Of a stretch of DNA of 64,000 bases, positions 42,890 through 53,301 are shown piece by piece. Made by a program: the position numbers and the translations under genes. The stretch is from Burkholderiales bacterium. Lineage in GTDB: Bacteria > Pseudomonadota > Gammaproteobacteria > Burkholderiales > SG8-39. The notes below the pieces were generated by a model. The model was given only the letters and a program-made list of their open reading frames with translations. It did no database searches and was not told where the DNA came from. The DNA lies in assembly GCA_035689325.1 (NCBI GenBank), contig DASSLQ010000194.1:499-64498 (forward strand), read 5' to 3'. Position 1 is the stretch's first letter. Each line of letters opens with the position of its first letter.

Positions 42890-44512
42890 CTACATGTTGG
42901 GGTAGTTCGGCCCGCCGCCGCCCTCGGGCGCGACCCAGACGATGTTCTGCCGCGGGTCCTTGATGTCGCAGGTCTTGCAGTGCACGCAGTTCTGCGCGTT
43001 GATCTGCAGGCGCGGCTTGGTCTCGACGTCCACGAACTCGTACACGCCTGCCGGGCAGTAGCGTCCCTCGGGACCCGCGTACTCCTCCCAATTGCGCAGC
43101 GCGAGTGCGGGGTCCTTCAGCCGCAGATGCACCGGCTGGTCCTCGTTGTGGTTGGTGTTGGAGATGAACACCGACGAGAGCCGATCGAACGTCAGCGTGC
43201 CGTCCGGCTTCGGGTAGGCGATCGGCTTCGCCTCGCCCTTGCGCTTCAGCGTCTCGTTGTCGGCATGCGCGTGATGCAGCGTCCAGGGCGCCTTGCCGCG
43301 GAACAGGACCTGGTCGATGCCAACCATCACGGTGCCGGTATAGAGCCCCTTCGACATCCAAGGCTTGAAGTTGCGCGCCCGGTACAGCTCTTCGTACAGC
43401 CAGCTCTTTTCGAACGCCTGCGGATACGCGCCCAGTTCATCGTTCGCGCGCCCGGCCTTGAGTGCCTCGCACGCCGCCTCCGCGGCGAGCATGCCGGACT
43501 TGATCGCGCAATGGGTGCCCTTGATGCGCGAGGCGTTGAGAAAGCCGGCATCGTCGCCGATCAGCGCGCCGCCGGGGAATACGAGCTTGGGGAGCGACTG
43601 CAGTCCACCCGCCGTGATGGCGCGCGCTCCGTAGCAGATTCTCTTTCCCTGCTCAAAGAAGCGGCGGATGGCCGGATGCGTCTTGAAGCGCTGGAACTCC
43701 TCGTAGGGCGAGAGATAGGGGTTCTCGTATCCAAGGCCGACGACAAAGCCGACCGCCACCTGGCGGTTCTCCATGTGATACATGAACGAGCCGCCATACG
43801 TCCCCGCATCGAGCGGCCAGCCCGCGGTGTGCATCACGAGCCCCGGCTCGTGCCGCTCGGCCTGCACTTCCCAGAGCTCCTTCAGCCCGATGCCATAGAC
43901 CTGCGGATCGGCGCCGTCGCGCAGCCGGTAGCGCTCTTCGAGCTGCTTGCCGAGCTGCCCTCGGCAGCCTTCGGCGAACAACGTGTACTTGCCGTGGAGC
44001 TCCATGCCCGGCTGATAGGCGTCGGTCTTCTCGCCCTGCCGCGAGATGCCGAGATCGCCGGTGGCGACGCCTTTCACCGCTTGCCCTTCATACAACACCT
44101 CGGCGGCGGCGAAGCCGGGGAAGATCTCGACGCCCGCGCTTTCCGCTTCTTTCGCGAGCCAACGGCATACGTTGCCCAGGCTCACGACGTAGTTGCCATG
44201 GTTCTGGAAGCATGCCGGCAGCAGGAATGCCGGCGTTTCCAGCGCGCCTTTCTCGCGCAGGAAGAGGAAGCGATCGCGCGTCACCGGCGTATTGAGCGGC
44301 GCGCCCTTCGATTTCCAATCGGGGATGAGCTCGTCGAGCGCGCGCGGGTCCACCACCGCGCCCGAGAGAATGTGCGCGCCGACCTCGGAGCCCTTCTCCA
44401 GCACGCAGACCGAAACGTCGGAGGAGAGCTGCTTCGCGCGGATCGCGGCCGCGAGCCCCGCGGGACCGGCGCCGACGATCACGATGTCGTACTGCATCGA
44501 TTCGCGCGGCAT
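42890..44512 (-). CDS. Electron-transfer flavoprotein:ubiquinone oxidoreductase (ETF-QO)
   Basis: The product has YDIVIVGAGPAGLAAA and a C-terminal 4Fe-4S region, CPAGVYEF...NAQNCVHCKTCDIKDP. Confidence 0.95.
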   Translation of the reverse strand: MPRESMQYDIVIVGAGPAGLAAAIRAKQLSSDVSVCVLEKGSEVGAHILSGAVVDPRALDELIPDWKSKGAPLNTPVTRDRFLFLREKGALETPAFLLPACFQNHGNYVVSLGNVCRWLAKEAESAGVEIFPGFAAAEVLYEGQAVKGVATGDLGISRQGEKTDAYQPGMELHGKYTLFAEGCRGQLGKQLEERYRLRDGADPQVYGIGLKELWEVQAERHEPGLVMHTAGWPLDAGTYGGSFMYHMENRQVAVGFVVGLGYENPYLSPYEEFQRFKTHPAIRRFFEQGKRICYGARAITAGGLQSLPKLVFPGGALIGDDAGFLNASRIKGTHCAIKSGMLAAEAACEALKAGRANDELGAYPQAFEKSWLYEELYRARNFKPWMSKGLYTGTVMVGIDQVLFRGKAPWTLHHAHADNETLKRKGEAKPIAYPKPDGTLTFDRLSSVFISNTNHNEDQPVHLRLKDPALALRNWEEYAGPEGRYCPAGVYEFVDVETKPRLQINAQNCVHCKTCDIKDPRQNIVWVAPEGGGGPNYPNM

Positions 44513-44515
44513 GCG

Positions 44516-44529
44516 CCGATTATAATCGG
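44516..44529. promoter_or_regulatory. Perfect 14-bp palindrome CCGATTATAATCGG carrying TATAAT on both strands
   Basis: On the + strand, TATAAT 44521-44526 is followed by 9 nt and ATG 44536. On the - strand, TATAAT 44524-44519 is followed by 6 nt and ATG 44512. There is no Shine-Dalgarno sequence on either side. Confidence 0.45.
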
Positions 44530-44535
44530 CGGCCC

Positions 44536-44933
44536 ATGTCGTCTCGCCGCAAGCTCGTGCACGTCGAGCGCATTCCGATCCGCTGGGGCGACATGGACGC
44601 GATGGGCCACGTGAACAACACGGTGTACTTCCGCTACATGGAGCAGGCGCGCATCGGCTGGTTCGACGCGCTCGTGCCGGGGGAAGAGGCGTGGAAGTCG
44701 ACCGGCATCGTCATCGCCAACGCCAGCTGCAACTTCAAGCGCGCGATCAATTACCCCGGCACGGTGGAAGTGCAGGTCTACGCCGGAGCGCCGGGCGGCT
44801 CGAGCGTGCCCACATTCTATGAGCTGCTGATCGGCGGCGAGCTGTACGCGGACGGCGCGGCGACCGTGGTGTTCATCGACATGGCGCGCCAGAAGCCGGT
44901 GCGCATCCCGCCAGCCATTCGCGAGCGCCTGCA

Positions 44934-44937
<4 letters not shown>
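44536..44937 (+). CDS. Acyl-CoA thioesterase, 4HBT/YbgC family
   Basis: [31 protein letters not shown]. Confidence 0.85.
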
Positions 44938-46850
<1,913 letters not shown>

Positions 46851-46859
46851 GGAGCTGTT

Positions 46860-46925
46860 GTCGCCCCCGCGAAAGCGGGGCCCAGTTTTTTTGAAATTCT
46901 GGATTCCCGCTTACGCGGGAACGAC
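46860..46925. repeat. Inverted pair of REP-like units (BIME-like) between two convergent genes
   Basis: Unit 1 is GTCGCCCCCGCGAAAGCGGGGCCCAG (46860-46885). The reverse complement of unit 2 (46899-46925) is GTCGTTCCCGCGTAAGCGGGAATCCAG. The spurious translation ...PRKRGP...WIPAYAGTT is typical of a dispersed proteobacterial extragenic repeat. Confidence 0.5.
46865..46892 (+). terminator. Rho-independent terminator after the acetoacetyl-CoA synthetase gene
   Basis: The stem-loop is CCCCGC-GAAA-GCGGGG (46865-46880), followed by CCCAG and a run of seven T (46886-46892). Confidence 0.6.
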
Positions 46926-46955
46926 GATGCGCTGCTTTTTGAGAGTTTCACCAAA

Positions 46956-47921
46956 TCATTCGCCCTTGATGCCGGCCTTGGCGATCACCTCGGCCCAGCG
47001 TTTGAGCTCGGCTGTCACGACGCGCGCGAATTCCTGCGGCGTGCTGCCGACCGGGTCGGCGCTTTGCTCGATGAGCTTCTGCTTCACGTCCGGAAGCTGC
47101 ACGACTCGCGCCAGTTCCTTGTACATGCGCGCGACGATCGGCTCCGGCGTCTTCGCCGGCGCAAACACTCCGACCCAGGAATCCACCTCGTAGTCCGGCA
47201 GGCCGAGCTCTTCGGCGACCGTGGGAATCTCCGGCGCAGCGCCGCTGCGCTTCAGCGTGGTGACCGCGAGTGCGCGCAGCCTCCCGGAGCGCGCTGACGG
47301 CAGCGCTGCGGGCGCCGTGATAACGAGAAGCGCGACCTGCCCGGCGACTGCGTCGGCGAGGGCTGGCCCGCCGCCTTTGTAGGGCACGTGGACCAGGTCG
47401 ATGCCGGTCCTGAGCTTGAGCAGCTCAGCGGCGATGTGGCCGGGCGTACCGTTGCCGGGAGAAGCGTACGCATACGCGCCGGGTCGCTCCTTCGCGGCGG
47501 CGACGAGCTCGCGCAGCGTTCTCGCCGGCACGCTCGGATGCACGGAGATGAGCTGCGGCACGCTGACGAGGAGCGACACCGGGCTGAAGTCGCGCTCAAC
47601 GTCGTAGTGCAGCTTGTAGAGCATCGGATTGATGGTGTGCGAGGACAGCGTGAAGAGGAACGTGTAGCCGTCGGGCGTGCTGCGCGCCACCGCTTCGGTG
47701 GCCACCGCGCCCCCGGCGCCACCGCGGTTCTCGATGATGATCGGCTGCCCGAGGCCCTCGGCAAGGCGCGGCTGCACGATGCGCGCGACGATGTCGACGG
47801 TGCCGCCGGGCGGGAAGGAAACGACGAACTTGATGGGCTTCGACGGATACTGCTGCGCGTACACGGCCCAACTGCACGCCTGCAGCAGCACGAACGTCGC
47901 GCATTTCCAAAGCGCAGCCAT
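46956..47921 (-). CDS. Orphan Bug-family (TctC-like) periplasmic binding protein
   Basis: AAGGGGA lies upstream. The signal peptide is [22 protein letters not shown], and the product includes [12 protein letters not shown] and [12 protein letters not shown]. Confidence 0.9.
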   Translation of the reverse strand: MAALWKCATFVLLQACSWAVYAQQYPSKPIKFVVSFPPGGTVDIVARIVQPRLAEGLGQPIIIENRGGAGGAVATEAVARSTPDGYTFLFTLSSHTINPMLYKLHYDVERDFSPVSLLVSVPQLISVHPSVPARTLRELVAAAKERPGAYAYASPGNGTPGHIAAELLKLRTGIDLVHVPYKGGGPALADAVAGQVALLVITAPAALPSARSGRLRALAVTTLKRSGAAPEIPTVAEELGLPDYEVDSWVGVFAPAKTPEPIVARMYKELARVVQLPDVKQKLIEQSADPVGSTPQEFARVVTAELKRWAEVIAKAGIKGE

Positions 47922-47969
47922 GCCGGTCCCCTTGTCCGGTGAGACGGCGCCACTGTACGCCTTACGGAG

Positions 47970-49292
47970 CTACGCGAGGAGCTGCGCCACCGCGCGCGCG
48001 TAGCGCTCGGCCGCCTTGTCCTGCAGCGCATGCCGACGCTCGCGCACCACCCAGCGGCCAGCCACCATCACATCGCGCACCAGGTCGCTGACACCGGAGA
48101 AGACCAGCGCGTTGGCAATCGCGTCCCCCGTGCGCGGCGCGAGGTCCGGATGCTCGCCGTCGAGCACCACGAGATCGCCGCGCTTGCCGGGCGCGAGCGC
48201 GCCCATCTCGCGGCCGAGCGCCTGTGCACCGCCCGCCGCCGCTTCGAGCCAGAGCGTCGTGCCTACCGCGGCGGAGGTGGAGCTGATGTTGATGTTGCGC
48301 CGGCGTCCAACGAGGCGCTGGACATACTCGAGCAGGCGCAGTTCTTCCGCCGGGTCGCGCGAGACGTGGCTGTCGCCGCCGATGCCCCAGCGGCCGCTCG
48401 CGCCGCGATAACCGATGAGCGCAAAGATGCCGTCGCCCAGGTTCGCCTCGGTCGTCGGGCAAAGGCCCGCCACGGCGCCGCTCGCCGCGAGGCCGGTCGC
48501 CTCGGCCGCGTGCAGGTGCGTCGCGTGCACCAGGCACCAGCGGCCATCGACCGGGCAATTCTCGAGCAGCCATTCGACCGGGCGTTTGTGCAGCGCGAGC
48601 GTGCATTCCTCGACCTCGCGCGTCTGCTCGGCCGCGTGGATGTGAATCACGCTGCGCTCGTCCACCGCGGCCACCAGCGCCTTCAGCGACTCCGGATCCA
48701 CCGCGCGCAGCGAGTGCGGCGCCACGCCGGCGTTGACGTCCGCGCTGCGCGGAACGCGCGCGGCGATGTCGAGCACCGTGCGCACATCGCTCGCGAAGCG
48801 CCGCTGCCGCGGTTCGAGCGGCTTTGCGCCGAAGCCCGACCAGCGGTAGAGCGAGGGCAGGAGAGTGATGGCGATGCCGGTATCGCGCGCCGCGGCGAGG
48901 TGCTGGTCGACCATCTCAGACGGATGGTGCACGTAGTGGAACTCGGCGACCGCGGTGTAGCCATGCTGCAGCATCTCGATATAGAGCTGCGCGGCAATCG
49001 CCTGCGCCTGCTCCGGCGTGAGCCGCTCCATGAACTGGTACATGAGCTCGCGCCAGGACCAGAAGTCGTCGTGCGCCGCGGCGCGCACCTCGGTAAGGCC
49101 GGCCATCGCGCGCTGGAACGCGTGCGAGTGCAGGTTCGCCATCCCCGGCAGCACCGGGCCCGCAAGGCGCTCCGCGCCCTTCGCCGCAGCGCCCGGCTCG
49201 ACAGCGGTGATGGTGCCGTCCTCGACCGTGATGCGCACGTCGCGCGCCCAGCCCGAAGGCAGCAACGCCTCGCGCGCGAAATACGTTTTCAC
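47970..49292 (-). CDS. hutF: Formimidoylglutamate deiminase
   Basis: (M)[32 protein letters not shown]...[18 protein letters not shown]. It has a GTG start. Confidence 0.9.
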   Translation of the reverse strand: MKTYFAREALLPSGWARDVRITVEDGTITAVEPGAAAKGAERLAGPVLPGMANLHSHAFQRAMAGLTEVRAAAHDDFWSWRELMYQFMERLTPEQAQAIAAQLYIEMLQHGYTAVAEFHYVHHPSEMVDQHLAAARDTGIAITLLPSLYRWSGFGAKPLEPRQRRFASDVRTVLDIAARVPRSADVNAGVAPHSLRAVDPESLKALVAAVDERSVIHIHAAEQTREVEECTLALHKRPVEWLLENCPVDGRWCLVHATHLHAAEATGLAASGAVAGLCPTTEANLGDGIFALIGYRGASGRWGIGGDSHVSRDPAEELRLLEYVQRLVGRRRNINISSTSAAVGTTLWLEAAAGGAQALGREMGALAPGKRGDLVVLDGEHPDLAPRTGDAIANALVFSGVSDLVRDVMVAGRWVVRERRHALQDKAAERYARAVAQLLA

Positions 49293-49295
49293 GTC

Positions 49296-49306
49296 GCTAT
49301 CATAGC
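49296..49306. promoter_or_regulatory. 5-1-5 palindrome GCTAT-C-ATAGC centred between the hutF and hutI start codons
   Basis: On the + strand, TATCAT 49298-49303 is followed by 6 nt and ATG 49310. On the - strand, TATGAT 49304-49299 is followed by 6 nt and GTG 49292. The whole intergenic region is only 17 bp. Confidence 0.4.
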
Positions 49307-49309
49307 CAG

Positions 49310-50491
49310 ATGGACGACGCCGTCTGGCTGAACGCGCGGCTCGCCACCATGGCGGGACCGGTGATCCGCGACGGCGCGCTCGCCGTCAGCGCCGGCCGCA
49401 TCTCCTGGGTCGGCGAGCGGCGCGAGTGGCAGGGCGACGCGCGTATCGAGCACGACGCCCGCGGCGCGTGGATCCTGCCCGGCTTCGTCGACTGCCATAC
49501 GCACCTGGTTTACGCCGGCAGCCGTGCGCACGAGTTCGAGCTGCGGCTGAAGGGCGCAAGCTACGAGGAGATCGCCAAGGCGGGCGGCGGCATCCTCTCC
49601 ACCGTGCGCGCGACGCGCGCCGCTTCGCAGGATGACTTGCTGTCTCTCGCGCGGCGGCGGCTGCGCTCGTGGATTGCGGAAGGCGCGGCGGTGGTCGAAG
49701 TGAAGTCCGGCTACGGCCTCGATCGCGACACCGAGCTCAGGATGCTGCGCGCCGCGCGCGAGCTCGATGGCGTGACGGTGAAGACCACGTTCCTGGGCGC
49801 GCACGCCCTGCCCGAGGAATACAACGGGCGCGCGGACGCCTATATCGACTTCGTCTGCGACGACGTGCTGCCGGCCGCGGCCGCGGAGAACCTGGTCGAT
49901 GCGGTAGACGCCTTCTGCGAGCGCATCGCCTTCAGCCGCCACCAGACCGCGCGTGTCTTCGAGACGGCGAAGCGGCTCGGCCTGCCGGTGAAGCTGCATG
50001 CCGATCAGCTGTCTGACCTTGGCGGCGCTGCGCTCGCTGCAAAGCATGGCGCACTTTCCGCAGATCACCTGGAGTACACGAGCGAGGCAGGTATCGAGGC
50101 GCTCGCGCGCGCCGGCAGCGTCGCCGTGCTGCTCCCCGGCGCATTCTATTTTCTGCGCGAGACGCGCCTTCCGCCGATCTCGGCCTTGCGCAGCCATCAC
50201 GTGCCGATCGCGCTGGCGACGGATCACAATCCGGGCTCGTCGCCGCTTTCCTCGCCGCTCCTCGCGATGAACATGGCATGCACGCTGTTTCGGCTGACGC
50301 CCGAGGAAGCGCTTGCCGGATTCACGGTGCACGCGGCGCGCGCGCTTGGAATGCAGTCATCGCACGGCACGCTGGAAGCCGGCAAGGCGGCCGATCTTGC
50401 ACTCTGGGAGATCGAATCGCCGGCCGAGCTCGCCTACGCGATCGGCGCCAATCCGTGCGTCGGCCGGGTGCGCGCCGGCGCCCTTCAGTGA
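49310..50491 (+). CDS. hutI: Imidazolonepropionase
   Basis: [12 protein letters not shown]...[40 protein letters not shown]. Confidence 0.95.
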   Translation: MDDAVWLNARLATMAGPVIRDGALAVSAGRISWVGERREWQGDARIEHDARGAWILPGFVDCHTHLVYAGSRAHEFELRLKGASYEEIAKAGGGILSTVRATRAASQDDLLSLARRRLRSWIAEGAAVVEVKSGYGLDRDTELRMLRAARELDGVTVKTTFLGAHALPEEYNGRADAYIDFVCDDVLPAAAAENLVDAVDAFCERIAFSRHQTARVFETAKRLGLPVKLHADQLSDLGGAALAAKHGALSADHLEYTSEAGIEALARAGSVAVLLPGAFYFLRETRLPPISALRSHHVPIALATDHNPGSSPLSSPLLAMNMACTLFRLTPEEALAGFTVHAARALGMQSSHGTLEAGKAADLALWEIESPAELAYAIGANPCVGRVRAGALQ

Positions 50492-50799
50492 CCGTGCACG
50501 CTCTCGTCCGACACGACGTAGGCCCAGAGCGCCTCGATGTCCTCGGGCTTGAGGATGCTGCCCCACGCCGGCATCTGGTTCTTGCCGCGCGCGACCGAGC
50601 TCACGAAGCGCTCGCGCTCGCTGTGCGGGAACTTGCGCAGGTCGAAAGCGCCCTGCGGATCCTGCATGCGCGCGCCGTGGCACGGCGAGCAGTTGCGCTC
50701 GTAGACATCGGCGCCGCGCTGGATCGCCTGCGGCGCCGGTGCCTGCGCCAGAGCAGTACTGCTCGCCAGCATTACTCCGGCAACAGCGCGAAGGTCCAT
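50485..50799 (-). CDS. Small class-I c-type cytochrome (periplasmic)
   Basis: This is the C-terminal 104 aa of ORF 50485..51957. It has a signal peptide [20 protein letters not shown], a heme site CSPCH and a distal Met in NQMPAW. Confidence 0.8.
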   Translation of the reverse strand: MDLRAVAGVMLASSTALAQAPAPQAIQRGADVYERNCSPCHGARMQDPQGAFDLRKFPHSERERFVSSVARGKNQMPAWGSILKPEDIEALWAYVVSDESVHGH

Positions 50800-52463
50800 A
50801 CCGAGCCACCCACGGGAACGCGGTCCTTCAGCGCCTCGCGGGCGATGTTCCAGTAGAGCCCGCCGATGCCGGAAAGCACCGTCACGTACTGCTTGCCCTT
50901 GTAGGTGTAGGTGACCGGCATGGCATTGATTCCTGAGCCGGTTTGGAACTGCCAGAGCTGCTTGCCGGTAGCGGCATCGAGCGCGATGAACTCGCCTGTC
51001 TCCTTGCCGGTGAAGAGCAGCTCGCCGCTCGCCAGCATCGCCGACCACATCTGGAAGTCGGTGAGCGGCACGCGCCACTTCTTCTCCGCGGTGAGCGGAT
51101 CGATCGCCTCGATATGGCCGACCGGCTCGCCCGCCGCGCGCGGCAGCGGCAGGTTCTCGATGAACATGTAGCGCTGGCCTTTTTCGAACGACTTGGTCTC
51201 GAGGTGCTTGTACATGCGCCCTTCGTGCAGCGTGTTGGCGTAGAGCAGGCCCGTGGTCGGGTTGAACGCGGCGTGCTCCCAGTTCTTCCCGCCGCGCGTG
51301 GAGGGCCAATGCTCGGTGGCCTTCATATCGCGGATGCTCTTCGCGATGTCGGTCTCCACCGGCCGGCCGGTCTTCATGTCGATATGGCTCGCCCAATTGA
51401 CTTTCTCGTACGGCTTCGCGGAGATGAGCTGGCCGTTGGTGCGGTCGAGCACATAAAGAAAGCCGTTGCGGTTCAGCTGCATCACGACCCTGCGCGGCTT
51501 GCCGGCGACCTTGAGCTCCGCGAGGATCAGTTCCCAGCAGGCGTCGTAGTCGTACGCGTCGTTCGGCGTGAACTGGTAGTGCCACACGATCTCGCCGGTC
51601 TTCGGCCGCATCGCCAGCACGGACGACGTATAGAGGTTGTCGCCGGGGCGGCTCTGCGACGCCCATGGCGCGGGATTGCCGGTGCCCCAGTAGATCAGAT
51701 CGAGCTGCGGGTCGTAGGAGCCCGTGATCCACGCCGAGCCGCCGCCCACTTCCCAGGCGTTGTTGTTCTGCGGCCAGGTCTCGTTGCCCTTTTCGCCGCG
51801 CGCGGGAATCGTGTAGCGGCGCCAGAGCTGCTTGCCGGTGTCCGGATCGTAGCCGTCGATGAAGCCGCGCACGCCGTATTCCGCGCCCGAATTGCCGATG
51901 ATCAGCACGCCGTTCGCGATGAGCGGCGCTACCGTGAGCGAAATGCCGTCGGTCCATTCGCCGACCTTGGTCTTCCAGATTTCCTTGCCGGTCTTCGCAT
52001 CGAGCGCGAGCACATGCGCGTCGAGCGTCGTGCGATAAACGCGCCCGTTATAGAGCGCCGCGCCCTTGTTCGAGACGCCGCAGCACACCACGCGCGGCGT
52101 ATCGGCCGGCCATTCGAGAGTGTGGCGCCAGAGCTGCTTGCCCGTGCCGACATCGATTGCCACGGTGTGGCGCGCGTTGGTCACGTACATCACGCCGTTG
52201 TAGACCAGCGGCTGCGCCTGCTCGCCCCAGTTGTTGTCGAGGCTCACGTTCCACACCGGCACCAGGCGCTTGATGGTGTTGCGGTTGATCTGGTTGAGCG
52301 GGCTGTAGCGCTGCAGGTGGTAGCCCATCCCGTACGTCAGGACGTTGTCCGTCTTCAGCGCGTCAGTGAGCTGTCCGTCCGCCTTCAGCTCATCCAGCGT
52401 CTGCGCGCTCACCGTCCCGGCGGCGAGCACGAGCGCTGCCAAAGTCCATCCGCTGCGTTCCAT
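50772..52463 (-). CDS. PQQ-dependent dehydrogenase, methanol/ethanol (type I quinoprotein) family
   Basis: AAGGAGGAGGAG lies upstream of ATG 52463 (MERSGWTLAALVLAAGTVSA, a signal peptide). The vicinal disulfide motif is VVCCGVSNKG, the active-site region reads NDAYDYDA, and beta-propeller W-motifs are present. Confidence 0.9.
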   Translation of the reverse strand: MERSGWTLAALVLAAGTVSAQTLDELKADGQLTDALKTDNVLTYGMGYHLQRYSPLNQINRNTIKRLVPVWNVSLDNNWGEQAQPLVYNGVMYVTNARHTVAIDVGTGKQLWRHTLEWPADTPRVVCCGVSNKGAALYNGRVYRTTLDAHVLALDAKTGKEIWKTKVGEWTDGISLTVAPLIANGVLIIGNSGAEYGVRGFIDGYDPDTGKQLWRRYTIPARGEKGNETWPQNNNAWEVGGGSAWITGSYDPQLDLIYWGTGNPAPWASQSRPGDNLYTSSVLAMRPKTGEIVWHYQFTPNDAYDYDACWELILAELKVAGKPRRVVMQLNRNGFLYVLDRTNGQLISAKPYEKVNWASHIDMKTGRPVETDIAKSIRDMKATEHWPSTRGGKNWEHAAFNPTTGLLYANTLHEGRMYKHLETKSFEKGQRYMFIENLPLPRAAGEPVGHIEAIDPLTAEKKWRVPLTDFQMWSAMLASGELLFTGKETGEFIALDAATGKQLWQFQTGSGINAMPVTYTYKGKQYVTVLSGIGGLYWNIAREALKDRVPVGGSVWTFALLPE

Positions 52464-52561
52464 GGCTCCTCCTCCTTGGTTAGGCATGTTAGCGAGCCCA
52501 TAAGTCGCTGTTAAGGGGATCGCTGTACCGTGCCAGCACTTAGTGGAAAAAGGAGTCGATC

Positions 52562-52972
52562 ATGAACGCCAAAGCAAGCATTGCATTCGGCAGTGCTCTC
52601 CTCATGGCCGCCCTGCAGGCGGGTGCAGCTACTCTGCCCGCGGCCCGGACACAGAACGGTGTCGCGTATCTCACCGGGGGCATTGGCGAAGACGAAGCGT
52701 CCGCAATGAGGGCCGAAGCCAGGCGTTACCCGGTGAGCATGTTTTTCACGGCGGGCAAGGACAATGCGTTTCTGGCCGATGTGAAGGTCACGGTCAAGGA
52801 CAAGGCCGGGAAGGAGGTCTTGAGCACCGCGGCGGGACCCATCCTTCTCGTGAACGTGCCGTCGGGGAGCTATACGGTCACGGCGAAGAGAGACAGCAAG
52901 GTGCTGCATCGCACCGTGCATGTCGGCAAGACCGGTGGAAAGCAGCTCGTCTTCCACTGGCCGCAGACATAG
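52562..52972 (+). CDS. Secreted hypothetical protein (136 aa)
   Basis: AAAGGAG lies upstream. The signal peptide is MNAKASIAFGSALLMAALQAGAA. The rest looks beta-rich (ADVKVTVKDKAGKEVL...GSYTVTAKRD), possibly a carboxypeptidase-regulatory-like fold. Confidence 0.6.
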   Translation: MNAKASIAFGSALLMAALQAGAATLPAARTQNGVAYLTGGIGEDEASAMRAEARRYPVSMFFTAGKDNAFLADVKVTVKDKAGKEVLSTAAGPILLVNVPSGSYTVTAKRDSKVLHRTVHVGKTGGKQLVFHWPQT

Positions 52973-53112
52973 GAAGTGACGCGGCAGCCGGCGCCGGCGC
53001 GATGCTCAGGGCGTGTCGAATCAGATGAGCCCGCGACTACGTCGGCCTGCCGGCTGCCGATTCACCTGGCATCTGGCTTGCTGCGCTGGCTCATCATGCT
53101 GGAGGGTTGCAG

Positions 53113-53295
53113 ATGAATAGTGCGGATATTTCGGCACTAGCACGCCATCTTTTCGAAACGCAGGGTGCCAAAGCCATTGCAGAAGCGGCTCACTAGGCCG
53201 AGTCCTGCAGCAAGGCAGGCGATACGGAACAGGCCAAAACCTGGCAGCGCGTCGAAGCCGTTTTGCGCGAGATGCGCGGCCCGCGCCAGACCTAG
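53113..53295 (+). pseudogene. Small helical ORF (about 60 codons) with an in-frame TAG at 53194-53196
   Basis: GGAGGG lies 6 nt upstream of ATG 53113. The translation is MNSADISALARHLFETQGAKAIAEAAH-TAG-AESCSKAGDTEQAKTWQRVEAVLREMRGPRQT-TAG. It is not in the ORF track. Confidence 0.4.
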
Positions 53296-53301
53296 CCGAA
53301 A

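Noticed and set aside
50485-53301. The PQQ dehydrogenase / cytochrome insert in the hut locus as a mobile genomic island
   Set aside because: I could not see an integrase, transposase, tRNA attachment site or flanking direct or inverted repeats. I report it only as a probable insertion, not as a mobile element.
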